Below, piece after piece: positions 1 to 7,723 of a DNA stretch of 32,000 bases. The notes below the pieces were generated by a model. It made no database searches and was not told the DNA's origin. It saw only the letters and a program-made list of their open reading frames with translations. Each line of letters begins with the position of its first letter. Positions within the stretch are counted from its first letter, which is position 1. A program made the translations under genes and the position numbers. The DNA is from Microcystis aeruginosa NIES-843 (GTDB taxonomy: Bacteria > Cyanobacteriota > Cyanobacteriia > Cyanobacteriales > Microcystaceae): the NCBI RefSeq assembly GCF_000010625.1, contig NC_010296.1:900001-932000 (forward strand). The letters run 5' to 3'.

Positions 1-97
1 TATTGCCACCAGACTCGACACTTTGACGAATACCGCTTTCGTAAAATTGTTTAGCTCGATATGCGACTTCTTCCACACTCCAAAAAATAGATTGCAT
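1..97 (-). CDS. Partial hypothetical protein; N-terminus only, gene runs off the left edge
   Basis: Reverse-strand ATG at 97-95 opens a frame with no stop to position 1 (MQSIFWSVEEVAYRAKQFYESGIRQSVESGGN...). No recognisable family and no clear SD. Confidence 0.25.
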   Translation of the reverse strand, partial: MQSIFWSVEEVAYRAKQFYESGIRQSVESGGN

Positions 98-131
98 AAC
101 AGTTGTACCCACTTTGAGTTTTTTTCTGGAT

Positions 132-270
132 TAGACCTCTTGCATAAATCCGAAAACAAACGATAGAAACAATAATGGGAGGGACTTTCAGTTAATTATT
201 TATTAGTAGTTGATAATCTTCAAAAATGTTGCTGTACAAGGATCGACTTAAGACTTTTGCAAGAGGTCTA
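132..270. repeat. MITE-like element or long hairpin bounded by a perfect 13-bp inverted repeat
   Basis: TAGACCTCTTGCA at 132-144 and its exact reverse complement TGCAAGAGGTCTA at 258-270, with a 113-bp AT-rich interior. No clear target-site duplication. Confidence 0.35.
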
Positions 271-476
271 TTGTAGAGTAGGTGGCGAACCGACTCCCGT
301 AAAACCTTGCGGGTAAAAACTTTGTCTAAAAGTTACTAGCTTGTGGCCTTTTCTGTCGTCTTCCGGTGAGGGGAAAAGAAAACGGTAATCGGAAGGGGGT
401 CATCGCTGGATGCGGCTTGGTCACTATACATAATTTAAACTTATGACAGCAAACAGAAATACTTTTGTCAAACCCC

Positions 477-505
477 TTTACAAACCGTTACAAACTCTCT
501 AAGAT
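477..505 (+). promoter_or_regulatory. Candidate sigma70-type psbA promoter (TTTACA-N17-TAAGAT)
   Basis: TTTACA at 477-482, a 17-bp spacer, then TAAGAT at 500-505, about 50 bp upstream of the psbA ATG. The same sequence is conserved upstream of the second psbA copy. Confidence 0.55.
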
Positions 506-554
506 AGAGACATCATCAATCGTACCTCGATAACTTAATAGGAATCATAAACCA

Positions 555-1637
555 ATGACCACCACTCTACAACAGCGCGAGAGCGCTTCCCTGTGGGAGC
601 AGTTCTGTCAGTGGATCACCAGCACCAACAACCGTTTATACATCGGTTGGTTCGGTGTCATCATGATCCCCACCCTGCTCACCGCCACCACCTGCTTCAT
701 CATCGCCTTTATCGCCGCTCCTCCTGTAGATATCGACGGTATCCGCGAGCCTGTAGCCGGTTCTCTACTTTACGGAAACAACATCATCTCCGGTGCGGTT
801 GTTCCCTCCTCCAACGCGATTGGACTCCACTTCTACCCCATCTGGGAAGCTGCTTCCTTAGATGAGTGGTTATACAACGGTGGTCCTTACCAGTTAGTCA
901 TTTTCCACTTCTTACTAGGTGTCTTCTGCTACCTCGGTCGTCAGTGGGAACTGTCTTTCCGTTTAGGAATGCGTCCTTGGATCTGTGTAGCTTACTCTGC
1001 ACCCGTATCCGCCGCTACTGCTGTATTCTTAATCTATCCCATCGGACAAGGTTCCTTCTCTGATGGTATGCCTTTAGGAATCTCTGGAACCTTTAACTTT
1101 ATGTTCGTGTTCCAAGCAGAACATAACATCCTGATGCACCCCTTCCATATGTTAGGTGTTGCCGGTGTGTTCGGCGGTTCCTTGTTCAGTGCGATGCACG
1201 GTTCTCTAGTAACTTCTTCCTTAGTGCGTGAAACCACTGAAATCGAATCTCAGAACTACGGTTACAAATTCGGTCAAGAGGAAGAAACCTACAATATCGT
1301 TGCCGCTCACGGTTACTTCGGACGTTTAATCTTCCAATACGCTTCTTTCAACAATAGCCGCTCTCTGCACTTCTTCTTAGGTGCTTGGCCGGTAATCGGT
1401 ATCTGGTTTACGGCAATGGGTGTTAGCACCATGGCGTTTAACCTCAATGGTTTTAACTTCAACCAGTCGATTCTCGATTCTCAAGGTCGTGTAATCGGTA
1501 CTTGGGCCGATGTGTTAAACCGCGCTGGTATCGGTATGGAAGTAATGCACGAGCGCAATGCTCACAACTTCCCCTTAGACTTGGCTAGTGGTGAACAGGC
1601 TCCTGTAGCTCTGATTGCTCCTGCTATCAATGGTTAA
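555..1637 (+). CDS. psbA: Photosystem II reaction-centre protein D1 (Q130, D1:1-like form), copy 1
   Basis: 360-aa ORF with an unmistakable D1 sequence ([10 protein letters not shown]..., [24 protein letters not shown]-terminal extension ...[20 protein letters not shown]). Residue 130 is Q in GRQWELSF. Confidence 0.98.
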   Translation: MTTTLQQRESASLWEQFCQWITSTNNRLYIGWFGVIMIPTLLTATTCFIIAFIAAPPVDIDGIREPVAGSLLYGNNIISGAVVPSSNAIGLHFYPIWEAASLDEWLYNGGPYQLVIFHFLLGVFCYLGRQWELSFRLGMRPWICVAYSAPVSAATAVFLIYPIGQGSFSDGMPLGISGTFNFMFVFQAEHNILMHPFHMLGVAGVFGGSLFSAMHGSLVTSSLVRETTEIESQNYGYKFGQEEETYNIVAAHGYFGRLIFQYASFNNSRSLHFFLGAWPVIGIWFTAMGVSTMAFNLNGFNFNQSILDSQGRVIGTWADVLNRAGIGMEVMHERNAHNFPLDLASGEQAPVALIAPAING

Positions 1638-1656
1638 TTCCTAGTCTGAACGAAAA

Positions 1657-1686
1657 GGCACTCCCGCAAGGGGGTGCTTTTTTGTT
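1657..1686 (+). terminator. Rho-independent terminator of psbA copy 1
   Basis: Hairpin GGCACTCCC-GCAA-GGGGGTGC followed by TTTTTTGTTG, 20 bp after the stop codon. Confidence 0.75.
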
Positions 1687-1754
1687 GTTAGAATTGGGGA
1701 ACGGGGTACAAATGAAAAACGCTGCAAAATGCTTATTCTCAAACAATCATCATT

Positions 1755-2324
1755 ATGACCGCTCTCACTGGAAAATATACTCTTAGTCAATATTTTGAGC
1801 AGGAAATACAATCCCAAACTCGTCATGAATATCTGGATGGAAAAATTATTGCTATGACAGGAGGGACACCGACTCATAATCGCATTATTAGTAATTTATT
1901 AGTGGCTTTATATACTGGACTAAAGAATCAACCCTATGCCGTTTTTGTCACCGATCAGCGTTTATGGATACCTGAGCGTCAAATAGCTACCTATCCTGAT
2001 ATTATGGTGATGCCTGAACCTCTCACTTATCAAGAAGGACGCAAAGATACTTTAATTAATCCTGTTTTAATCGCTGAGGTTTTGTCTGCTTCAACGGCAA
2101 ATTACGACAGAGAAGAAAAGTTTGCCGCTTATCGAACCATTGCAACTTTTCAGGAATATTTATTGATTTCTCAGGAAAAATGTTATATTGAGCATTTTCA
2201 AAAAGAAGGCGAACGCTGGTTGTTTACAGCTTATGAATCTGATAGGATAATTCATTTAAACTCTTTGGGAATTCAGATAGTAATCGCAGATGTTTACCAT
2301 AAAATCATCTTTGAAAATAATTAA
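1755..2324 (+). CDS. Uma2-family (DUF820) putative restriction-endonuclease-like protein
   Basis: 189 aa. The pattern EYLDGKIIAMTGGTPTHNRI...FVTDQRLWIPE...YPDIMVM...INPVLIAEVLSAST..YDREEKFAAYRTI.TFQEYLLISQ matches the cyanobacterial Uma2 PD-(D/E)XK family as I recall it. Confidence 0.85.
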   Translation: MTALTGKYTLSQYFEQEIQSQTRHEYLDGKIIAMTGGTPTHNRIISNLLVALYTGLKNQPYAVFVTDQRLWIPERQIATYPDIMVMPEPLTYQEGRKDTLINPVLIAEVLSASTANYDREEKFAAYRTIATFQEYLLISQEKCYIEHFQKEGERWLFTAYESDRIIHLNSLGIQIVIADVYHKIIFENN

Positions 2325-2391
2325 AGGTTGATAGATGATTTTTTTGTTCTAATAAAAATGGACAGGTTTTTATCGAGAGTTAAGAGGTAAA

Positions 2392-2601
2392 ATGATGACT
2401 TTGCCAGAAATGATCAAATCTTTTGAGAATTTATCAGAGGATGAACAGGAGTCATTGTTAGAGATTTTGTGTCAATATAGAGCTAAAGCAAGAGAAAGAG
2501 AAATTTTAGCTAATTTTAAGGAATTGAAAGATGCGATCGCTACTGGAACGGCCAGAAGGGGAACCGTAGAAGATTTGATTGCTGATTTGAATGAGGATTA
2601 A
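2392..2601 (+). CDS. Putative type II antitoxin (small acidic protein upstream of a RelE/YafQ-like toxin)
   Basis: 69-aa ORF ending 2 nt before the toxin ATG. It is acidic and helical. The call rests on position and size only. Confidence 0.5.
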   Translation: MMTLPEMIKSFENLSEDEQESLLEILCQYRAKAREREILANFKELKDAIATGTARRGTVEDLIADLNED

Positions 2602-2603
2602 CA

Positions 2604-2891
2604 ATGGAGCTAATATGGAGTGATGGGTTTAAGCGTTCGTTTAAGAAGCTAATCAAGAAAAATCCCCAGTTAAAACCTAAAATTTTCGATGTACTTAGAA
2701 AACTGGCAGAAGACCCATTTACACTGTCTTTAAAAACCCATAAGTTAAGTGGTAATTTAGAAGGGTTATGGTCTTGTACTGTAGCTTACGATTGTCGAAT
2801 TATTTTTAGTTTTTCGGAAGATGGAGAATATTTAGAAGTTATCATCTTGTTAATTGATATTGGTAGTCACGATCAGGTGTATAGAAAATAG
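2604..2891 (+). CDS. RelE/YafQ-family type II toxin (mRNA interferase)
   Basis: 95 aa. F.RSFKKL.KKNP....KI..VL..L..DPF..SLKTHKL.G.L.G.WSC.V.YD.RIIF......VI.L..IGSHD.VY is the typical YafQ/RelE-like signature. Tightly coupled to the upstream small ORF. Confidence 0.75.
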   Translation: MELIWSDGFKRSFKKLIKKNPQLKPKIFDVLRKLAEDPFTLSLKTHKLSGNLEGLWSCTVAYDCRIIFSFSEDGEYLEVIILLIDIGSHDQVYRK

Positions 2892-2963
2892 GATAGACTG
2901 GAAAGCGATCCTGCGGGTTTCTGCGTTGCGGTACACATATATTTATAATAAGATAAATTTTTC

Positions 2964-4334
2964 CTAATCGTTAGGATTTCTTTGAAGATAGGATTTAAAC
3001 ACAGGATTAATAGGAAAATAGGACGAGGTTTCTGATGGTAATTTATCCAGTAAACAGCGTCTAATTAATGACTGAATAGTTGCCCAAAATTCAGAAGTAG
3101 ATAAGTCAAGACTAGCAGTTTTTGGAAACTTTTCTACCGCTTCAGTTTGATTAGCTAACCAGTGCATCACCTTTTTTTCTGCTGCGGATAAACGCTGTAA
3201 ATGACATTCGATCGAGTTTTCTATATCCCCTAAATAAATTTCATTGTTCATTTGTTCTAAAAATAAGGATACTTCTCCATCAAATAGTTCAATAATGGTT
3301 GAGGAGATGATATTTAACCAGTTAGGATGACCTTGATAAAGTTCGCTCAGTTCCGTCCATTTCTCCTCATTTTTTAAACCGTATTCTTTGAAGATTTCTT
3401 CAAATTCTGTTGTTAAACCTTGCAGGTATAAAGTTTTAATTTTATCGGATTTTAAGGTGACAAAATCTCTGGGAAGTTCCCAACTAATTAAAATCAAACA
3501 ACTTTGATGAGATGTGGTAGCAATTTGCTGAAAAAATTTATGATAGTCCTGACAGTCGGGTAAATATTTACCTGCTAATTCCCCCTGTTTAAAAATATTC
3601 TGCACATCATCAAGAATAATTAAACAACGATAGGAGCTTAGATAATCTATTATATCAGGTAAGGGGGTTGATAGAGATTGGTTGAAAAACTGTTTTAGAT
3701 CATCTTTGAGAGCGATTAATTGAGGAATATTTTCCAGACTGCGATAAATAATATAATCAAATTGTGAGGCAATTTCTGAAATTAATTTAAGGGTTAAAGC
3801 TGTTTTTCCAATTCCAGTTAACCCATAAATGGTAATTAATCGAGTTTTATTATCTAGCCATTCTTTTAAGGTTGATATTTCTAACTTACGTCCACAGTTA
3901 TACATTAATTCTGGGGCTTTTGTTAAGTCAATCATGGGATATTGATCGTCATTGCGTAAAAATTTTCTTGTTTTTTTTCCATTATTAATTGTTTGTAAAG
4001 ATTGATCGCAAATATGAATATTTCCTTGATTAACTTGTAAACAATGACCGAAATTAGAAGTTTGAGAAACCCGATATTTTCTTTCTAACTTGGATCGTAA
4101 ATTATCTTTATTAACATCTTCGTCTAATACCTTACCCAACTTTTTCCATAAGTTAGCAGCCTCTTTTTTAATATGAGATTCACTACAACCATTAAAAGAT
4201 TGAGCAATTTGCCAATATTTTTGACCTTGCCAAACCCCTGTCAAGATTGCTTCTTGTACTGGTGTCAGATGAGACTCCACTTTCTCAAACATTAAATCAT
4301 CAACATATTGCAAAACTTGGTCAATATTATTCAT
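2964..4334 (-). CDS. STAND-type P-loop NTPase (NB-ARC/NACHT-like) with an N-terminal HTH-like module and no C-terminal repeat sensor
   Basis: 456 aa. Walker A is IYGLTGIGKTAL, and Walker B is CLIILDDVQNIF about 60 aa downstream. The N-terminal ~90 aa (LTPVQEAILTGVWQGQKYWQIAQSF...HIKKEAANLWKKLGKVL...V.K.NLRSKLE) resembles the short module seen at N-termini of many cyanobacterial NACHT/WD40 proteins. Divergent from the vWA operon. Confidence 0.8.
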   Translation of the reverse strand: MNNIDQVLQYVDDLMFEKVESHLTPVQEAILTGVWQGQKYWQIAQSFNGCSESHIKKEAANLWKKLGKVLDEDVNKDNLRSKLERKYRVSQTSNFGHCLQVNQGNIHICDQSLQTINNGKKTRKFLRNDDQYPMIDLTKAPELMYNCGRKLEISTLKEWLDNKTRLITIYGLTGIGKTALTLKLISEIASQFDYIIYRSLENIPQLIALKDDLKQFFNQSLSTPLPDIIDYLSSYRCLIILDDVQNIFKQGELAGKYLPDCQDYHKFFQQIATTSHQSCLILISWELPRDFVTLKSDKIKTLYLQGLTTEFEEIFKEYGLKNEEKWTELSELYQGHPNWLNIISSTIIELFDGEVSLFLEQMNNEIYLGDIENSIECHLQRLSAAEKKVMHWLANQTEAVEKFPKTASLDLSTSEFWATIQSLIRRCLLDKLPSETSSYFPINPVFKSYLQRNPND

Positions 4335-4371
4335 TTCTGGTTAAAAAATTAGAGGGGTAATCAAATATATT

Positions 4372-4439
4372 ATACCAAACGGAACTAAGACTGTACCATA
4401 ACCTACCTATAAATTGTGTACCAAAGCCTACTTTGGTAC
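4372..4439. promoter_or_regulatory. Candidate operator cluster in the divergent STAND / vWA intergenic region
   Basis: Perfect palindrome GTACCAAAG-ccta-CTTTGGTAC at 4418-4439. Related half-sites are ATACCAAA (4372-4379) and GTACCATA (4393-4400). Confidence 0.35.
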
Positions 4440-4582
4440 TAAAATCAAACGCTACAATACTGAGATGTTAGGTAAATCAAGCTAATTAGTCCTATTTGCT
4501 TGCTAGATTGTCATCATAGCCCATTTTGCGGTGACATGATCATCTTTTCCCTTTCAAAAATCAATGAAGTAATCTTTAAGTT

Positions 4583-5383
4583 ATGTATCAAGAACTACTG
4601 AGTAGCGCCAAGCCTGGATTTATCCTGATTATGATTGATCAGTCAGCTTCAATGTCAGATAAATACGCTAATTCAAATAAAGCAGAGTTTGCCGCATTAG
4701 CCGTTAATCGAGTCATCGGAGAAATTATTACAGCTTGTTCATCGGGTAATGAGATTAAAGACAGATGTTTTGTGGCGGTGGTTGGCTATGGAGCAAGTAT
4801 TAGTATACTATTTCTAGACAAAGCCTCAGAGTTGGCTAAAAATCCCAATACAACAACCCTTAAGAGAAAAGTCTCTGATGGTGCAGGTGGGTTGGTTGAA
4901 GTGGATGAAGTAATGCGAGTGTTTGTGAAACCGACTGCAAGTAATGGAACACCAATGGCTGAAGCCTTTAAACAGGCTTATACTGGGGTAGAAAAATTTA
5001 TTTCTAATCATCCCGATAGTTTTCCACCCGTTGTTATTAATATAACCGATGGAGAACCTAATGATTCTAGTGCTGCTACTACTGAAGCGAAAAAACTAGC
5101 ACAACTTAAAACAAGTGACGGTAACGTGATTGTTTTGAATGCTCATATTTCTAACGCATCAGCAGGGAAAATAGAGTTACCTAGTGATAATGCTGGTTTT
5201 AGCAATAATAAATTTGCTAACTTTTTGTTTGATATTTCCAGTGTGCTTCCTGATCCTCTTGCTGAGAGTGCCAAAAATGCGGGTTTTAATGTTCAACCTA
5301 ATGCCAGAGGTTTTATCTTTAATGCTGATGCTGAAGCACTGATTAAACTTCTTCAATTTGGTTCTCAAGGAGCATTACGCTAA
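4583..5383 (+). CDS. von Willebrand factor type A (vWA) domain protein, TerY-like
   Basis: 266 aa. MIDAS DxSxS in ILIMIDQSASMSD, and a downstream metal-site motif in VVINITDGEPND. Rossmann-like alternation throughout. First gene of a three-gene operon. Confidence 0.85.
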   Translation: MYQELLSSAKPGFILIMIDQSASMSDKYANSNKAEFAALAVNRVIGEIITACSSGNEIKDRCFVAVVGYGASISILFLDKASELAKNPNTTTLKRKVSDGAGGLVEVDEVMRVFVKPTASNGTPMAEAFKQAYTGVEKFISNHPDSFPPVVINITDGEPNDSSAATTEAKKLAQLKTSDGNVIVLNAHISNASAGKIELPSDNAGFSNNKFANFLFDISSVLPDPLAESAKNAGFNVQPNARGFIFNADAEALIKLLQFGSQGALR

Positions 5384-5388
5384 AGTTA

Positions 5389-7026
5389 TTGTCATTAATT
5401 ATGGAATCTCATCATAAAGTTTCAGTCATCCGTCGGTTCAGTGATAGAACTCATAAAGAGATGGAAACCATTAGCGGTTGTCAAGATAATTTTAGCTATA
5501 ATGAAGCTAAGAATTGTTTTGCGATCGCCGATGGTGCAACTCAATCATTTTACTCAAGTATATGGTCAAAACTTCTTGTTGATTATTTTTGTGAAAATCC
5601 CCAGATTGATAAAAACAATTGGCAAGAATGGCTTGAACTAATTCAGCAAAAATGGTTAGAAGAAGTTAGAGCAGAATTAGAAAAAGCAAAAAGCGGTAAT
5701 AATTTTGCCTGGATTGAGATTTACAATGGTTTGGAACATTCTAAATCAGCAACATCTACCTTTATTGGGTTACAATTTATTGAAAATCAAGCAAAAATCT
5801 CAATTGTTGGCGATAGCTGTCTGTTTATTTTTCAGGGAAATCAATTAATTCAAACCTATTTATTGAAAAAATCAACGAATTTTAATGATAGACCTGGATA
5901 TTTTGGAAGTCGCTCTAAAAATAATGATGATTATGAGCCAGAGTTTTTAGACATCGAATTAAAATACAAACAACATTCAGATAAGCTTTATTTTGTACTA
6001 GCAACTGACGCTCTAGCTGAATATATTTTTAAATATACAGAACAGCAAAGAGATATTTTAACAACTTTACTTACCATTAATTCAGAACAGGAGTTTGAGA
6101 ATTTTGTAAAATCTGCTAGACATAATGGCACGATAAAAATGAAAAATGATGATGTCACTTTAATGATTTTAGAAGTCAGTGATGGTGAAATCGTCAGTTT
6201 GCCTACACAAACCAGAAAAGAAAATCAAAAAAATCCTCCTATCATTTTACCTTCAAGTAATGAAAATAAACAGCCTTTTAACGAAGATCAAAACAATTCT
6301 TCAAAAGTAGAAAAAGAACCTAAAGACAATACTCCTGCTGAAAATTTAGAAGTTACTTCTGGTTTTGCCAAAATAAGATCCAATCTACAAACATTATTAA
6401 AATTTCTGCCATCTTTACCCATGACGCACCGCAATTCGAGAGGAGTTTCTTCTTCAAGTCCTCAAGTGAGAGAAGACAAACCACCCGTAATTAAAGGAAT
6501 AGATGGAATCCGTAATCTTCTCCTTGTTTTTATTCCTTTAAATATATTCTTAACTATACTCTCCACTGCGACCATATTATATTTTATTTCTCAGACAGCT
6601 AACAAAATAAATAGTATAAAAACTGAACAATCAAGCAATTCAAATTCATCTAGTCAAGTCACTGAATATAAACCTAAATATATGAAGCTTGAAAAAGGAA
6701 ATAAAATCTACAAAGATCAAACTTTTCAAGAAATTATTATTCCTGCTTTATCTGACTCATCTCAGGTTTTAATTTTAGAAGAAGGAGACAAATGGATTAA
6801 ATTTCAGATTGATCTTTATGCTAATCAAGCAATCTTGAATCAATGTTCTACTTGTGCAGGGGATGAAATAGAAATAAAACCCAAGACAAATCTGAGAACT
6901 TTGGCTAGTGAATCAGAAAGGGATGTTTTTGGACAATTAAGCGAACCATCAAAGTTTAAAAAACTTGAATTTTATTCCCTTCCCGATTGGTCTAAATTTA
7001 CATTTGTGGGGTATGTAAAAAAATGA
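5389..7026 (+). CDS. PP2C-family protein phosphatase with low-complexity linker, single TM helix and ~145-aa C-terminal beta-rich domain
   Basis: 545-aa ORF from TTG 5389; a more likely ATG is at 5401. PP2C_2-like motifs are FAIADGATQSFYS, VGDSCLFIF and LATDALAEYIF. Hydrophobic segment NLLLVFIPLNIFLTILSTATILYFI lies at about nt 6514-6588. The stop overlaps the next gene's start (ATGA at 7023-7026). Confidence 0.8.
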   Translation: MSLIMESHHKVSVIRRFSDRTHKEMETISGCQDNFSYNEAKNCFAIADGATQSFYSSIWSKLLVDYFCENPQIDKNNWQEWLELIQQKWLEEVRAELEKAKSGNNFAWIEIYNGLEHSKSATSTFIGLQFIENQAKISIVGDSCLFIFQGNQLIQTYLLKKSTNFNDRPGYFGSRSKNNDDYEPEFLDIELKYKQHSDKLYFVLATDALAEYIFKYTEQQRDILTTLLTINSEQEFENFVKSARHNGTIKMKNDDVTLMILEVSDGEIVSLPTQTRKENQKNPPIILPSSNENKQPFNEDQNNSSKVEKEPKDNTPAENLEVTSGFAKIRSNLQTLLKFLPSLPMTHRNSRGVSSSSPQVREDKPPVIKGIDGIRNLLLVFIPLNIFLTILSTATILYFISQTANKINSIKTEQSSNSNSSSQVTEYKPKYMKLEKGNKIYKDQTFQEIIIPALSDSSQVLILEEGDKWIKFQIDLYANQAILNQCSTCAGDEIEIKPKTNLRTLASESERDVFGQLSEPSKFKKLEFYSLPDWSKFTFVGYVKK

Positions 7027-7121
7027 AATATCCGCTTATAACTGACTATGAAACAGTCGTAAAATACCCTGATAGATTTATATACGATGGTATTTTACAA
7101 CAAGGAAAGCCTGTTAAGCAA

Positions 7122-7303
7122 GGGAGCATCTCACTTACGCGATAAGTAATTATACTTAGCCTAAAAGCCACTCTTAATCGTGTCTTGGAACGAAATAGAG
7201 GCTTTTAAAGACTGCGTACATGGAGAATTAAAACAAGAATTACCCTCGAAAAGCCTATTTTTCCACTAAGTATTTATGCTCATTGCAAAGGTGAGATGCT
7301 CCC
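7122..7303. mobile_element. 182-bp MITE inserted in the kinase gene
   Basis: Terminal inverted repeats GGGAGCATCTCAC (7122-7134) and GTGAGATGCTCCC (7291-7303). Flanked by a perfect 9-bp TSD GTTAAGCAA (7113-7121 and 7304-7312). No coding capacity. Confidence 0.8.
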
Positions 7304-7723
7304 GTTAAGCAAAAGCAAAATCAGAACTTTTTACTGTCTCATAATGGCGGAAAAGCCGTTGTTTATGAAATTCAAACTAATCCTAAAAAATATGCCCTTA
7401 AATGTTGGATAGAAGATTTAGGGGATCTAAAAATTCGTTATAAGGCGATTGATGCCTATCTTAAAACAGTTCAACTTCCTTATTTTGTTGATTTTGCTTA
7501 CCAAGAACAAGGAATTTTAGTCAATGGACAAAGATTTCCCATTATTAGAATGGAATGGGTTGATGGTATTAGCTTTAAAGACTTTATATCTAATAATATT
7601 AATAACCCGACTTCTATCCGTAACTTTGCCGAAAAATTCTTAGAAATGGTTAAAATTTTCCATCAAAATAATATTTCTCATGGAGACTTACAACACGGTA
7701 ATATTATAGTGCGTAAAAATGGT

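Larger units (their letters stand above)
468..1732 (+). repeat. psbA duplication unit, copy 1 (promoter + psbA + terminator), direct repeat of 25903-27159
   Basis: Collinear identity with 25903-27159 apart from the few synonymous substitutions I spotted and an 8-bp indel (GGGGTACA, about 1702-1709, present only in copy 1). Confidence 0.95.

Noticed and set aside
271-467. Possible structured ncRNA or riboswitch upstream of psbA copy 1. Local stems include CCCG-taaaacctt-GCGGG and CTTCCG...CGGAAG, in a GC-richer patch.
   Set aside because: I could not match it to any RNA family by eye. The stems are short, and the segment is absent upstream of the otherwise identical psbA copy 2. The evidence is insufficient without covariance or expression data.
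593-1237. Alternative-frame and antisense ORFs inside psbA (593-865, 866-1063, 1034-1237, and their twins at 26028-26672 and 26812-27000).
   Set aside because: They lie entirely within a highly conserved, strongly supported D1 coding frame. Their products are low-complexity, Arg/His/Leu-rich translations typical of off-frame reading.
1641-1877. 78-aa reverse-strand ORF spanning the psbA terminator and the Uma2 start, and its partial twin at 27062-27268.
   Set aside because: It overlaps a terminator hairpin and a well-supported gene start. It has no motif, and its twin diverges where the repeat ends, so it is not conserved as a coding unit.
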